Positions 23,416-37,151 of a stretch of 64,000 nucleotides of DNA are shown here, piece by piece. The position numbers were made by a program, and so were the translations under genes. The notes beneath the pieces were generated by a model. That model saw only the letters and a program-made list of their open reading frames with translations, made no database searches and was not told the origin of the DNA. The stretch comes from Elsinoe ampelina (taxonomy: Eukaryota), in the NCBI GenBank assembly GCA_010093995.1, contig ML992507.1, positions 1,237,868-1,301,867 on the forward strand, given 5' to 3'. Every line of letters starts with the position of its first letter. Position 1 is the first letter of the stretch.

Positions 23416-25066
23416 TCACTCGTCGTCGTCGTCAACCACCGCCCGTCGTCTCTTCGCTTTTGGCGCGGCTCTGACATCTTCGTCCTCTTCGCCCTCAGCA
23501 TCTTCTTCGTCTGCTTCATCCCTGCTTCGTCTTCTCGCTCCGCCCCCGCCTCCACCGCCACCACCGGCCCGGCTCAGGTCGATCCCATCATCCACATCTT
23601 CCTCCTCGCTCTCTGCTTCGGCCTCGTCTTCCTCTTCGTCACTCCCAGCGACGAAATCATCGACTTCGTAATCATCATTTGCAAAGTTCCCTCTACGGCG
23701 TCCCAGATCTTCGTCGCTGCTGTACTCATCGTTCCTCTGTCGTCTCGGCTTGGGCTTCGCGCGTGGTCGGGGCGCCCCTGCACCCAGCTCGTCGTCTTCG
23801 AGCATGCCGGCCGTAAGACCGCCGCCGTAGCGACTGCTCGTGAGACCAGCGCGTCCCAAGGTGCGAGAGGTACGGTCCCGATCGCGGTTCTCGGCTGCCA
23901 TGCGTCGCTTTTGTGCTCGCTCTTTCTCCTTTTCTGCCATTTCGGCCTTTCGCCGCATGAGGTCTGGGTCTTCGACAATGGGCATGACTTCGATTCCCGT
24001 ACCGCTGTGGGCATTTTTGCCTCGTACTGCTGCGGCGAGCGATGATTGCAGCCGTTGGAGAGCGGCATCTGTCGTCTTCTGCGAAGGGAAGATAGATAGA
24101 CCAGCAGTGATCTTGTGAGTGGTCCTTAGAAGGCTAGCGGACTCGTGGGGAACTGCGAGGTAGGTATAGGTTTCTTGGTTGCTGGCAGGTTTGAGGCTGG
24201 TAGGTGTAGGCTTGAGGGGGTTCTTCTGTGGTGGAGCTAGAGCATTTCCGTCAATCTCATATTGCTGAGTAGGATCTGAGGCGAATTGGAGAGTGAGGGA
24301 GCCATCAGACCACCTTAATATCCGGGCATTTGACTGTATCTGAGAAGGGTCGGACGGTGAATGCCTCCAGCGAATTGTCGACATGGCAGTGTTGAACGAG
24401 GAGAAAGTAGACGGAGGCTCGTGTCGTGAGTGGTGCTCCTTTTCTGGTGGGACGAAAGTAGGGACATCGAAAGCGGTTGGCTCAATAGCAAGGAATTTCG
24501 GAACCTTGAGCAGGTACATCTGGTACGTGATCAGCTGGGTGCTCTATCCTTCCTGTCATAGCTACTAACCTCTCCATCACTTGGCTCTGGCTCTGGTTGT
24601 CTGCCAAGTTCATCGTATTCTATTAATTCCTCCTTCAGTTCCTCTTGTTGCTGTGCAGGTGAACCAGACCCTGCTCGGTCGTTCCGGTCCATGTCATCGC
24701 CCGAATCGAGTTCCTCGTCGTCCAATTGACGTCTCGAGCTTGATTTGGGTCAGTCCGTTGTGCTCGTAGTCCGGGCGCTTGCTCTTACCTAGGTTTAGCT
24801 GCCTCTTCATCGTCCGAACCATCCCCAAAGAGATCTGCGTCGTCTGCATCGTCCTCATCGTCCAAGATACCGTTCGTTCTTCCACCACCGCGCTTGATCC
24901 TCTTCGTCTTGATATCCTCGTCCTCATCGATCAACTCGTCTGGTATTGGCTCATCTTTTGAAAGAATTGCGCTTTTGACCTCACCAGATAGTGAGACAGG
25001 ATCGGCCATGTTCGTCGGACCTGGCGCAATTGGACTGTTCGCGTCCCTTTCATCGTCCGACGACAT
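23416..25066 (-). CDS. LEO1: Paf1 complex subunit Leo1, 3 exons
   Basis: Acidic N-terminus (ADLFGDGSDDE), LDDEELDSGDD, EPSDGE|MYLLKVPKFLAIEP and SNARILRWSDGSLTL. Introns at about 24788-24735 and 24569-24520. Confidence 0.92.
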
Positions 25067-25560
25067 CTCGACGCGCGAAATCGAGCAACGCCCTTAAAGA
25101 GCTGTGGTATCGGAAAATTGTTGTTCGTTGATGGAAGTGTCGCACAATTGGTAGTGACTTGCAAAAGTCACTTGTGTTTAGAGCGCGCAAGACATTGAAA
25201 TAGACAACGGTGCCAGTCAAGGTGGAATTCGACTGTTCGAGGTTATTCGCGAGGATCGTGGAATTCACTTTGTCGTGATCAAGTCGAGCAAGTGAAGCTC
25301 ACCCGAGCGAGGGTTCTGAGCATTCCGCAGAGCCGCAATGCGGCTCCGCTCATTAGCCTCGATACTATGAAACTCACCAGGGGGCGTACAAGAACACAAC
25401 ACACCAGCGACCAGATATTCCAAAGATACAATCCGCCGATCAGTCTCGCACAAGATACAGGAGACAATCATTCGTCGGTCGAGACGAACAGTCGAGCTGT
25501 GAATACCACATCCCGCCATAAATTCGCTTAGAGGTACGAAGCACCTCGGACCTGAGCAAC

Positions 25561-26827
25561 ATGTCCTCATTCTTCTCGAATATGTGAGTCGATTTCATTG
25601 CGGAATCCGGTCGAGACGAATGCCACATCTCTCGGAGTGTTCAATCGTGCCTTTTTGAAGCTCTGCCAACTGTGGCTCAGCCAGAATGCACAAGACCACA
25701 TGGTCAAGCTTCCCCCTTGCTTGAATCGTATATTCGACAGATCCAGCAATCACATGATTGAGCAGATCACTGATGACAGTAGGCGAAGCGGCTTCGCTCG
25801 CGGATCTAGCAAGACGAACAACCAACAAAAGCCTGGAAACGGCGGTCAATCACCCACAGGCTTCGGTCAAGCACTATCCCCATCACAAACGAGCCTGAAC
25901 CCCTCACCGTCACCCTCACCCGGCCCCATGATGGACAATCCGATGGAGCAAAGCAATCCAAACCGTCGTCCCTTCTTCTTTCGCGAACAATACGCCAACC
26001 TCATCGTAAAAGGCAACTTCATGACCCTGGCCGCTAAACCCGTCCTTGTCGAAGAAGGCGAGTGGCTTGCTCACCAAGGTACCACCACACCACCCCCCTT
26101 CCTGTCCCCATCTGACCCCCTCCCAGTCGTCGAACAAAACCGCCTCCTCGACGGCATGCTCAAAATCATCCAAGAAGCCGACCGCACCACCGGCCTCCCC
26201 ATCTGCAACCAACACACCTGCCCCTCCATGACCGCCGGTCCCTCCGTGACCTACACCTGGCTCGACGCCAACAAAAACTCCGTCCGCGTCCCGGCCCCGC
26301 AATACATCGCCTACGTCCAACGCTGGGTGACCGGCAAAGTGACCGACCCCAGCATCTTCCCCACCGACCCCTTCACAGGCCCGCCCCCCAGCCTCGCCTC
26401 GACCGCCAACAACCCCGACGCCTGGCTGGGCAAAACCAGCGGCTTCCCGTCCAACTTCGGCGGCGACATCAGGAACATCTACAGGCAGATGTTCCGGTGT
26501 TACGCGCACGTGTATCACGCTCACTGGGTGGAGTTTTGGCACCTGGGCGCGTACAAGGAGTTGAACACTTGTTTCATCCATTTCGTGAATGTGGGGAGGT
26601 TGTTTGGGTTGTTGAACGATAAGGACCTCGAGCCTATGGGCCCGTTGATTGAGATTTGGTTGGAGAAGGGCTGGTTGCCTAGGCCGCAGAGTAGCGGGAG
26701 CCAGGGGCCGAGTAGGCAGGGGAGTGCCGTGGAGGCGCAGGGGATGGGGCAGGGACAGGGTATGGGAGGTGGGTTGGCGCCTGGTGGCATGATGGGCCCG
26801 CCCGGGGGTGGGCAGCAGGGGATGTGA
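25561..26827 (+). CDS. MOB2: Mob1/phocein family NDR-kinase activator, Mob2-like; exons 25561-25583, 25780-26078, 26127-26827
   Basis: LIVKGNFMTLAAKPVLVEEGEWLAHQ, CPSMTAGP, VPAPQYI, IYRQMFRCYAHVYHAH and ELNTCFIHF. Canonical introns, including an in-frame 48-nt one. Confidence 0.9.
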
Positions 26828-27419
26828 AGTGGAAGGGGAGGCCAAGTGGTGAGCAGGGAAACGACAGAGCCCATCTGGTATGGGGTACGAGACAGTCTTG
26901 GGGATTACGGCATATTTTTGTTGGCATATATCGGAGTACTGGTTGTCAATACAAGCATCATCACAACCTCTTGATCCTTGGTATGAGCACGTGAGCACCT
27001 GGTATATCGCGTTGGATGGCTTCAAGCAGGCCTCGAGTCACTGTCATACTCACTATCACGATGCAACCAGAATTAGAACCATCTCAATACCATTCAACGT
27101 AAAACGACCCACGCGCAGCAAAGAAAACAATCAGCGACAAGAAAAGGTGTTCTAGAGTGTCGACAGACCGAACCCCCGTCCATCAATATCATGCCACGAA
27201 AGCCCGGCTCATCTCAATCTGACCCGTTCTTGCACAACGATGCCTATGTGTCTCCCGCCTTCCACCCATCAAGAGTGCAACTTTTGAACCCACAGCTCCG
27301 TTCGTCATTGACTCCCTTGCTGTTCCGCCTGGTCGACAACTGCCAGATCGCCTGCCTTGCCAACTTTCTACTATTTGCATTGTCCGTTATCCGTGAGAGA
27401 AAGAAGTTGCACTGGGAGT

Positions 27420-28210
<791 letters not shown>

Positions 28211-28756
28211 TTACGTAGTCGTTGAGGAAAGGGTGAGGAGGTCGAGGTATTGAACTGATAGAGGTCTCAATGTCAGCGAGCGATCAATTGACAATGGCTG
28301 GAATGCATGCGCCTAGCACAGGTAAAAGTAATTTTGTTGGATCGCTGACGCCTGTTACCATCGCAATGTGCAAGGTGTTCAGACTTGATCGCATGCCCCA
28401 TCCGTGAACCAATTTTGGAGCTCATGACTGCATTGATCCATCTCTCCTAGGCGCGCGGGAGGTTCGTGACTCACCTTCTCGACGAAGAATTGTGTTCTGG
28501 TTGTGGTTATGTGCGATTGAAAGGGGGGTGAATGTATTTCTGGAAGTCGTTGACCCTGTGCCAAGGCTCGTGCTCGGGCAAATCAGCTTTCGTCGGTCGG
28601 GGCGAGACTCCATCACCATGCCACCTCTACATCTCCCATTGACACTCTCACCCTACGGGCTTCATCGTAAACAACAGTGACAACCATGTCGTTGAAATAT
28701 GATATTGAGCAGCTCGTCAATGCGTCTATTGTGGTCTAGCGAATCACTGGTCTGGT

Positions 28757-30438
28757 CTATAATCTATCTTGAGCGGCCACTTCATCAGCTGTCAATTGAG
28801 ACTTCGCCTTGTCAATCTTCACAAAACCTGCGAGTAAGACGAGAGCCAAGGCCGCACATCCGACTTCAAGCCAGAATCCGTTCTTGTACTTTCGAGCAGT
28901 ACCTTGGTCCGCCGTCTCTGTAACGACCACATCTGCAAAACCTAGCAGAAGAGCAATGCCCAATTGCATAATACTGTTGACAAACGCTCCCGCCAGACCT
29001 TGCCTGTGCTTTGGCATCGTCGTCGAAATGAAGATTGTGCTGATATTGACAGTGGTGTCAACAGCTATAGTCGCACAAATCATTGCTGGGAAAGTCCATG
29101 CCCAATACATAGCTCCTTCTGGCATCAAAGCGAAGAGAAGAGGTGCCACGAGCCACGATACGCCAGCGAAGAGCATGACGATCGTGCCCGGTATCAAATG
29201 TAATAGGTAGCCACTGACGATGGCCACAATAGCAGCTCCTGGCCCAAATGGCACGTACCAAGCAACCAGCTGCATAGGTGAGGCACCCATGATCTCTGAC
29301 ATACTAAAGGCGTCGTTAGTGTTGTTGAAAACGCGTCGACACGGGTTACTCACTACAAGGTAGCGTATAGCAAAAAGATACCCAGACTGCCGAAGCTGAA
29401 CAACAATGCCGCAGTCAGAGCCTTCATATGCTTCACTTTGAAGATGTCTGCTGGGAGGATCGGGGCTTTGGCGACCCAGCCTTCAATGTACACCGTCGCA
29501 CCAACCAAAATGGATCCGAGTACGAGAGTAACGATAACGTATGGCGTAGCCCACTTGTTCGGCGCGTGCGAAGCTGCTGTCACCGCAAAGACAACCAATA
29601 CCAGACCACAGAAAGTAGTAATGCTACCAAGCCAGTCCATCTCTACTCCCATAGCCCGACGCTCTTTCATGTCGGAAGGTATACAAAAGTACCCAGCCAC
29701 AGTCGTCATCAATATGATGATGGCGCCAATGAAGAAGTACCATCGCCAGGTTGCATACTGTCCAGCTACTCCAGCAAAGAAGATACCTGTGAAGAATCCC
29801 AGTGGCGCTTGAGCCCCCAAGAGACTGAAGATCAGGTTCTTGCGAGGTCCTGGTCGATAAGTGCTGCCAAGAAGAAGGACGCTCGCCGGCAGGAAGGCTG
29901 CTGGACCAAACCCTTGCAAAGCTCGACAGAAGTTGAGCATAATCTCGTTCCTCGAGAAGCCGGCGATGAGTGACCATACTGCGTACCAGATTGATCCAGC
30001 AAGATACAGCGGATAGCCGCCGTACATGTCGCCCAGCCTGCCGAGTGGTAGTAGTGTTGTCGACACTACCAGAGAGAATGCGCTCGCCGGCCACACTATC
30101 GATGGAGCAGGAATGTTCAGCTCGGCCACAAGCGTCGGGATGATGACCGTGAAACCACTCACGAAGTACTCTGTGATGAACTGCGACATGACCACTGCGA
30201 ATACGAAGCCATATTCTGCAAAGGCAGTCTTGAATACTTCTGGTCGTTGTCGGCCAAGACGCTCGATTCGTTCTGCTTCAGTTTCTTCGATGTTATTTGT
30301 GTCCACTGGTCCTGATGGCTTACTGGCCATCTTCTCCGTACCAGCCATCGCTGGAGTTGTCGTGTCGCTGGTATCAGCAGGAGGACCAGCCATTGTTTTC
30401 TTCGTCGAAGCAGAAATGTCTTGAGATGATGCCATCAC
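28757..30438 (-). CDS. MFS drug:H+ antiporter, DHA2/Atr1-like, 2 exons
   Basis: LGRQRPEVF, GRLGDMYGG, CRALQGFGPA, YRPGPRKNLIF, WRWYF and MDWLG; an intron at about 29355-29305 joins it to the 198-aa C-terminal ORF (QGLAGA). Confidence 0.9.
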
Positions 30439-30839
30439 TGGTCATTCAGAATCGACGACCAAGTCAACAAAGTGCTCAACAACGCTCAAGGCAACGAGAA
30501 ACGAGATACAACGACCCAAAAATACCTTCTGGACTCCATACTTATCCTCCTGGGACGATTATGAATCGAAATGCTCGACCCAACACAGATGTGGTAATAT
30601 GACGACCCGGCAGCATTCCCGGGTCGTCGGCGGCGTCTACCAAGACAATCTTGACAACGGATATTACCAATACGCACCAGAACAAGTGGTATTAGGGCGT
30701 ATAGGCTGTAACATCAAGACAATGGACCGGAGAACATCAACTTGCCCCTGGAGCTCCTACCAGGCCGTCATGATGGGTTGTGGACATGGTGGCCTGCCAC
30801 ATGTGATGGGGTCTGCTGCTGTCAGCTGCCGCCACGTCC

Positions 30840-32470
30840 TACGTCGGCCCAAGGCTCACTTTCAGAAATCCTGGCGCACGGGCCCGCCAAGCTGTACCGG
30901 CTTTACTACTTTTTGTATACAGACAATACATCTTCATGGGCTGCGCTCAATTCTTATTGTATGAAGCTGTAATTAAGGTGGTAAATAGCTATACTATTGA
31001 ATTAAAGGTGTAAGTGCTTAATAGTTAGTGCTTTTACTATTACGTTACTATAGCTAGTATACTCTATCTAGTATCTCCTCTACTAGCTTATCTATCTAAT
31101 CCTGCGGTATATCCTCCTATTCTTCTTAAATGAAGCGTTTTAGCTCTTTATTAGTTATTAGTGTACGTTACTTAATATACTACTTAACTCTCTACTAGTA
31201 GTTCTTAATAATAGTTATATTAGGTAATTTAGCACAATTAGTATAATATTAGAAGCCTAGTAGTAAGTCTTTATATAGCTTGACTAGATTGTAGGTTAAT
31301 CGAGTGCTATAAGCACTATTATTGTCTTCTTCTAGTATAAAGGCTTCCTTCTTAAACTATATATTATTCTAGTACTTCTTAATATAGAGAATAAAGATAC
31401 TATAAAGATAGGTAAACTAATTAAGGTTGCCGCTAATAGTAAGTACTAAGGGTTACTTCTTATAGTAGTTGTATTTATAACTCGTCTTGTCTTTATACTA
31501 GTACTTATAGCTAGGCTATAAGTCGTTTAATAGGTATAACTTAGCTTCCTCTATCTTAAGAATAGCCCCTAAAGGCTAAGGGTTAACATCGATAAGGTCG
31601 GCCTCTAGTATAGCCTTTTACTTGTTAATTGTCTTTAGTAGTGGCAAATTAGAGTAGAATACAAGCTCTAACTTAAAGCTATAGCTAACTATTTCCTAGA
31701 CATGTACTATTGTCTTTATAGTCTTCTTTTTAAACTAGATCTTGTTTAGGTTATTTCTCTAGCCTCGGCGGCGATAGATTATAGTAGTAGCTCTTAAGTT
31801 ATAGTAAAAATAAGACTTATTAGTAAATCTAACACTTTTCTAGAAGTCTAAGTCTTTATAGTAGTAGATTTTAGCCTATGCTTTATAAGCTGCTATATTC
31901 TTAGCCTTTAGCTAGCCCTTCTATTTAGCCTTAAACTTAAAGATACTATAGCCTTATATAGCCCTATATAGTGTCTAAGAGTTAATATCTAGATAGAATA
32001 AGTCTACTAGCTACTAGTAAGTCTTTTTAGCGTTACTAAAGCTACTATTAACAAAGCACTAGATACGATAGAGTAGATAGTTATTAATAATAGAGGTTCT
32101 TCTAGGCCGCTTAGATCTAGGCCTCTAAGCTAATCTAGTAAGTATCTACTATATAGAACACTTAGGAACCTTTATTATATATAATATCTAGCTTATAGGG
32201 AATTTAGTGTATCTAGGTAGTAGTAGTGCTACTCTAAGGGCATAACAGCTAGCGTAGATTAGAGTAGGCTACTTGTGCCCCTTAGTATACTTCTAATTAG
32301 CCTCTAGAGTTAGTATATATAAATTAGAATAAGGTAATTCGGCTATAGCAAGTTTATTAGGAAAAAAATCAAAGCAATTAGAGCAAAATTAGTAGTGTTA
32401 TAAAGGTGTGTAATTTGGTGGTGGAATCTTGGTGTGCCACGACTAAAAAAATTGAGCCTTGGCCCTCTGC
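30840..32470 (-). mobile_element. RIP-inactivated Tc1/mariner (IS630-Tc1) DNA transposon
   Basis: TpA-saturated core at 30960-32400. The de-RIPed minus strand gives DF(W)KSVRFT(DE)S(H)F at about 31855-31807, VHV(WG) near 31700, LEEDN(DG)A(HG)TR at about 31335-31300 and NCAK(S)P(DM)TII(E)N at 31240-31201. Ends are approximate. Confidence 0.8.
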
Positions 32471-33039
32471 GCCCGCCAGCAAAAGCAAGGCCTGCTGCTG
32501 GCCCTGGCACGCTATACTGTAGTAAGTTAGCTCCCGTTTCGAGATTTTGAGATACTTGAGCTTCGCTTTCCTTTCAATCCTCTTTCCTTAAATCTACATC
32601 AGTATGGGATATTCTAACGAATATTTCCATTGCGGCTCTGCTACGGCAGCTTGCTGAGGGTTTTCTGTTCTTCATGGATCTCCTTCCGTTCCCGGCCTCA
32701 TAGAGTGACGGTGGCCGTTCTTCCTAATCAATCGTGCGAGTCCCAGAGGAGGAGCATGGTTGTGGGATGGCCCCTACAGACTTTTCAGATAGCTACACGA
32801 TTTTGAAAGATAGTATAGGAGACAGTAGTACTGGATCGATCACGCTTACAGGCTGCGTGCTGTAGACACCTCTGTCGACTAGTCCTTTGCAGAAATTTTC
32901 AGTATTGTGCGCACGGATTTATATCAAGTTCGGAACGGCAAGGTAGGGGCTCTATAGCACAAGAAGTCACACAAACACAGCAAAATGGAGATAATTCCTC
33001 GAGACGTCTTTCATTCCACCTTGACAGGCGTTGTGCTAT

Positions 33040-33801
33040 CTAGTAGAGGCGCTTGGGAGGAGACATGGAAGCCTTGATAGTCAAGCTTCCCACGTTCTGC
33101 CAGCCCTTCTTGAGCAGAGAGACGAGATAGTTGATAGACAACATGATGTTACCAATCAACTCATCCTCGGTCATCTCAACGTTGCCAACAGCGACACCCA
33201 TGCACAAGACCTTCTTCAACTGGAACTTGATGGTGGACTTGACCTCGGTGATCTTGGCCGCGAGATCCTCGTTGTGGGAGACTGGGGTGGGGAACTTGCC
33301 GGCTGGGAGCGTGTTAGTGCTGTGTCTGTATCGTGCTCTTGCTTCGTATCGTACCCTTGGAGAGACCTGGACCCAACAGACGAGGGATCTGCTTGATGAG
33401 TGCGTCGGAGGCCAAGAAGGCATCGTACTTGCGGGCCAACTTCTTGATGAGCTTCTTGTTCTTGTTCAGCTTCTTCAAGTCGTCGGAAGACATGGCGTCG
33501 ACACCGTTGTGCTTGGCTCTGTCGATATCGTGCTGGTCACCGAGAATGCTGGTCCTCTGTCAGCCACCGTCCGTCTCATCTCTTTCTCCGTCGATTGTCC
33601 TTACCAGATGGCCATGTTCGGGCGGGGAACACGGGGGAGCTTGACGGTGCCAGAGAAACGCTTGTCACGCTGAGGGTCATAGTTCTTGAGGCCGATCTGC
33701 AATTCGACCGTCTCGAGGAAGTTTCGCTTCTTGGTGTTCTGGGAGTAGTCGAGAAGCGACTGCACGTTGGTGCGCACTCCGGCGACTGTGATTTTGGACA
33801 T
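33040..33801 (-). CDS. RPL1: 60S ribosomal protein uL1 (L10a/L1), 3 exons
   Basis: MSKIT...[37 protein letters not shown] and [19 protein letters not shown]...LKKGWQNV...PKRLY. Confidence 0.97.
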
Positions 33802-33984
33802 CTTGACAGTCTTCCAACAGGTTTCGATCTGATGGTGAGGCTCTGCGCAATTTCGTGGGTAGTGAACGAAGGAATTGCAGAGGGCGGCGACATTATGTCA
33901 AAATTGGCAGTGGACGACCTGGTCCGAGCGTCGACGGCAAAAAGTTCCCCGCCTTTTTGTGTCGACCAATCCTCGTGATCCGAT

Positions 33985-34695
33985 CTATGCAACTCTCTCA
34001 TTTCTCTGCATCAAGTACGCTCGTCTATCCTTCCTTTCCCCTTGCTCCGTCGGTCTTTGAGGATAAGTTTCTTCCGACACGACAGTGAAGCCAAACTTCT
34101 CATACAAGACTTTCGCGGTGTTGTTGAATGTATCAACATGGACGCCAATAGTGAATGACTGGCCACCACGACGGATGCAGTCTGTTTTGGCCTTCTCTAC
34201 CGACGCCTTCATCAATGCTTTACCGCATCCTTGACCTCGATACTGAGCTGCTGTGTATGCACCAGAAATATGGTAGGTCAAATTCAGCGGTGCAGGCATA
34301 CCCTGTGCTGTTATCGACGGATTGGAGGATTGGTTGAATGCTACAGAAGGGACCTTGCTCCAGGGTGACTGACTGGCATGCGTCTCCTGAGCATGCTCCA
34401 TCATGGGCCCGAGTAGTACGATCATACCGCACCATTCGTCCTCAGGCTTCCATGTAGCGGCTGTATCACTACTTGATATCATGGCGATGAGGTTGACCGC
34501 AGATGGATTCGCCAGCCTTTTTCTCCAGTAGTCACGCGGCTGGTTGTTCTCTTCTGTGTAAGAGGATGCGAACACTTCTGGGTCGTTCTTGAGCGCATCG
34601 AGTCGGAATTCCCGATACCGACTAATCAAAGCTTCCTGCTCTTCTCCAGACGTACTGTCTCTGTCTAGTTGTGGGAGCTCGATAATGGTGGGCAT
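33985..34695 (-). CDS. GNAT family N-acetyltransferase
   Basis: YREFRLDALKNDPEVFASSY, acetyl-CoA motif A QYRGQGCGKALM, and NNTAKVLYEKFGF. Likely start MPTIIELP at 34695. Confidence 0.85.
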   Translation of the reverse strand: MPTIIELPQLDRDSTSGEEQEALISRYREFRLDALKNDPEVFASSYTEENNQPRDYWRKRLANPSAVNLIAMISSSDTAATWKPEDEWCGMIVLLGPMMEHAQETHASQSPWSKVPSVAFNQSSNPSITAQGMPAPLNLTYHISGAYTAAQYRGQGCGKALMKASVEKAKTDCIRRGGQSFTIGVHVDTFNNTAKVLYEKFGFTVVSEETYPQRPTEQGERKDRRAYLMQRNERVA

Positions 34696-35170
34696 CGTGT
34701 GTGGTCGAGCACGACGATCAAGTCCGTGAGCCCTCCGCCGAGTCGCATTCGACTTCGTGGACGCAATACCCCAAGTGATCTTACGATACAACGTGATTTA
34801 TATTATGCACGCTCGAGGTGCGATTGTCCGGAGCTGTCGGTTGTAAGGTCTACTGACAACTCTCACACCCTTGCATAGCGCAAGCCAGACGGCGCTAAAC
34901 CCAGTATGGCACATCACCCAGCGAGGTCATCCGCCACTCGCCCAGTGACTTCGACCTCAACACCTGCATTACCTTCTGATTCATTTTCGACATTTTAGAG
35001 GCCCTCCGAAACCCGTCGTTTGCTCTTGTGATTCTGATGATGCAACAAGTACAGCATACACCGCAGGTGACACGGATCAGTGTATCTGCCTACACTGCCA
35101 CTGTAAGTACATAACAATGAGTCTTTTGTTTCTCCGAAGCACTGTAATCGTTCTTTCTCTTTTGCATAGC

Positions 35171-37054
35171 ATGTCCGGTCCTGGCGTTTTCCGCGCAGAC
35201 TCTACTTTGCAGAATGACTACGAGACTTTCTACAAAAATTGCTCGTCGACCGAGCTTGACGAAAATCGCTTCTGCGACATTGACGATGCCGAAGGTCTTC
35301 AACATGCGCTACAGAATATCACCGGTTGCACTAATCGTAACTTCGTCTTGGATTTCAACGATCGGAATGCTTGGATGGGACTTGACCTCACAGTCGACAC
35401 GATCATGGATCTTGTCAAGGCAGGGGGCTGGCCAGGTCAGCCCAGCACACGCTGGATCGACATCTCGTTCCCGGCAAGACAAAAGAAGCTCTTGAGCCGG
35501 CTTGCCCAGCACTACGATTTTGCTCCCAGGATACTCGCGATGATGAGTTCCGAGCCTGTCGCCCGGGATGGCTCTCATGACAAGAGCTCGCAATTCGAGA
35601 GTATGGTCGACCATGCTATGGGCGAATCTACGCACTCGAGCGACCTCGAAAAGGGTTATAGCATCTCTAATATCTCAGCGGCATCATCAAGTAATCCTGC
35701 TAGGACAGGTAACCTATATGAGCTGTTGGAAGAGGTCTGGCACTATACTACCTTTGACCAAGGACGGAATTGTGAGTTCGGCATGGAGCCATCAAGACTG
35801 AATCACTAACCACGAGCAGATATCTGCGTTGGCTACAACTCGATATATCCCACAGGCGCCACTCCCATTCCATACAGTAAGCTCGGCCTTGAGTCCAGCT
35901 CACCACTGCCACATTGCGTGCGGATCTGGACCTGGCTCATCCTCTGCCATGATCGAACAGTAATCACAGTCAACGAGAGTCTTTTCCCTCATACATCAGG
36001 ATCACCTTCACCACGTGAGAAAGCAATATTGCTCCGGACAAAGCAGAATCTCATCAATGTGTTCCGATCACTATCAAAGGCAGATGATCCTTCGTCAGCG
36101 CCGATAACATTGCTACCAATACGCAAACGACTCTCTCGAGAAGAGGAAGCATCATCCGATACATCAAGGGAGGCACCCGGACTTCTGTTCTATTACTTGT
36201 TCGAAAATTGGTACAACAGCTATGGACTGGTCACAAGACGAGACAGTCGATACGGAAAGGAGCTACAGAATATTGTAAGTCGTGATGGACTGTTTCACAA
36301 GACCTCCCTGACCAAAGCACCAGCGTGCAGAGATGTTCGAAAGCCCTCAACTCAGTCAAGTCGACCGGCTAGATCAAGTCGGGAACGAACTTGGTGTTCT
36401 CAAGCGTCACTACAAGAGCTACATCCGCATCATCGATCGTATCACGGAACACAATACGCTTTGCGAGACAGACACGATAGGGTCGTCTCAGATCACGACT
36501 AGAATGGTAGAGGAGTCATGGGACGGGCAGAGTCGAAGAAATGCACATCAGGCCAACATGGAGCCAACCTCACTGCTTGGTGTCAGACCTGGTCCCGCTG
36601 CTCATGTTCGCTTCGAGCGGTTGAAGGACATGATCTCGCTATACGCACTAAGTGAGGTCAAGGATTATCTGGCGAAGAAGGACAATTTCGTCCAGATGGT
36701 AAGGTTTGCCGATACTACTTTCGAGATCCGGGCTTACGTGAGAAGAACTTCCAGCTGATAGCCATCAAAGAGTCGAGAGACGTTGAGCGCCTCACTCGAG
36801 TCTCGCTTTTCATTGCGAAAGCAACCATGTTACTTCTGCCGATCAGTCTGCTGACAGCATACTTTGGGACTAACATTGAGAACCAGTCATTCACCCTCAC
36901 ATCATATTGGGCTTCCTTCGCCGGCATATTTGTCGTTTCCTACATAGCATTGATCGGGTTTGGCATAGCATCAGGGACTATGGAGAGTTGGTCATTCCTC
37001 TCTCCGGTCAGGCGCATGGTTCAAAGAACAAGACATAAAACGCACGACGCATGA
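35171..37054 (+). CDS. CorA-like cation-transporter-domain protein, 4 coding exons
   Basis: Exons joined by canonical introns near 35772, 36275 and 36699; R(V)WTWLILC, PGLLFYYLF, and a C-terminal two-TM unit ERLTRVSLFIAKATMLLLPISLLTAYFGTN...YWASF in the CorA arrangement. Confidence 0.7.
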
Positions 37055-37151
37055 TATGTACTTTCATTATCCATAGCGTAGGAGTCGAATCGTCTATCCA
37101 ATATGCACATGCCGCTAGAACGCTACAAATAAATACCTCCACCCATATTCA

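Noticed and set aside
23275..24045. 256-aa hydrophobic-looking ORF on the plus strand
   Set aside because: Antisense to the acidic LEO1 tail; the F/L/V/I runs are the reverse complement of Glu/Asp codons.
25916..27025. 369-aa ORF antisense to MOB2
   Set aside because: Shadow frame of a GC-rich skewed gene with no recognisable motifs.
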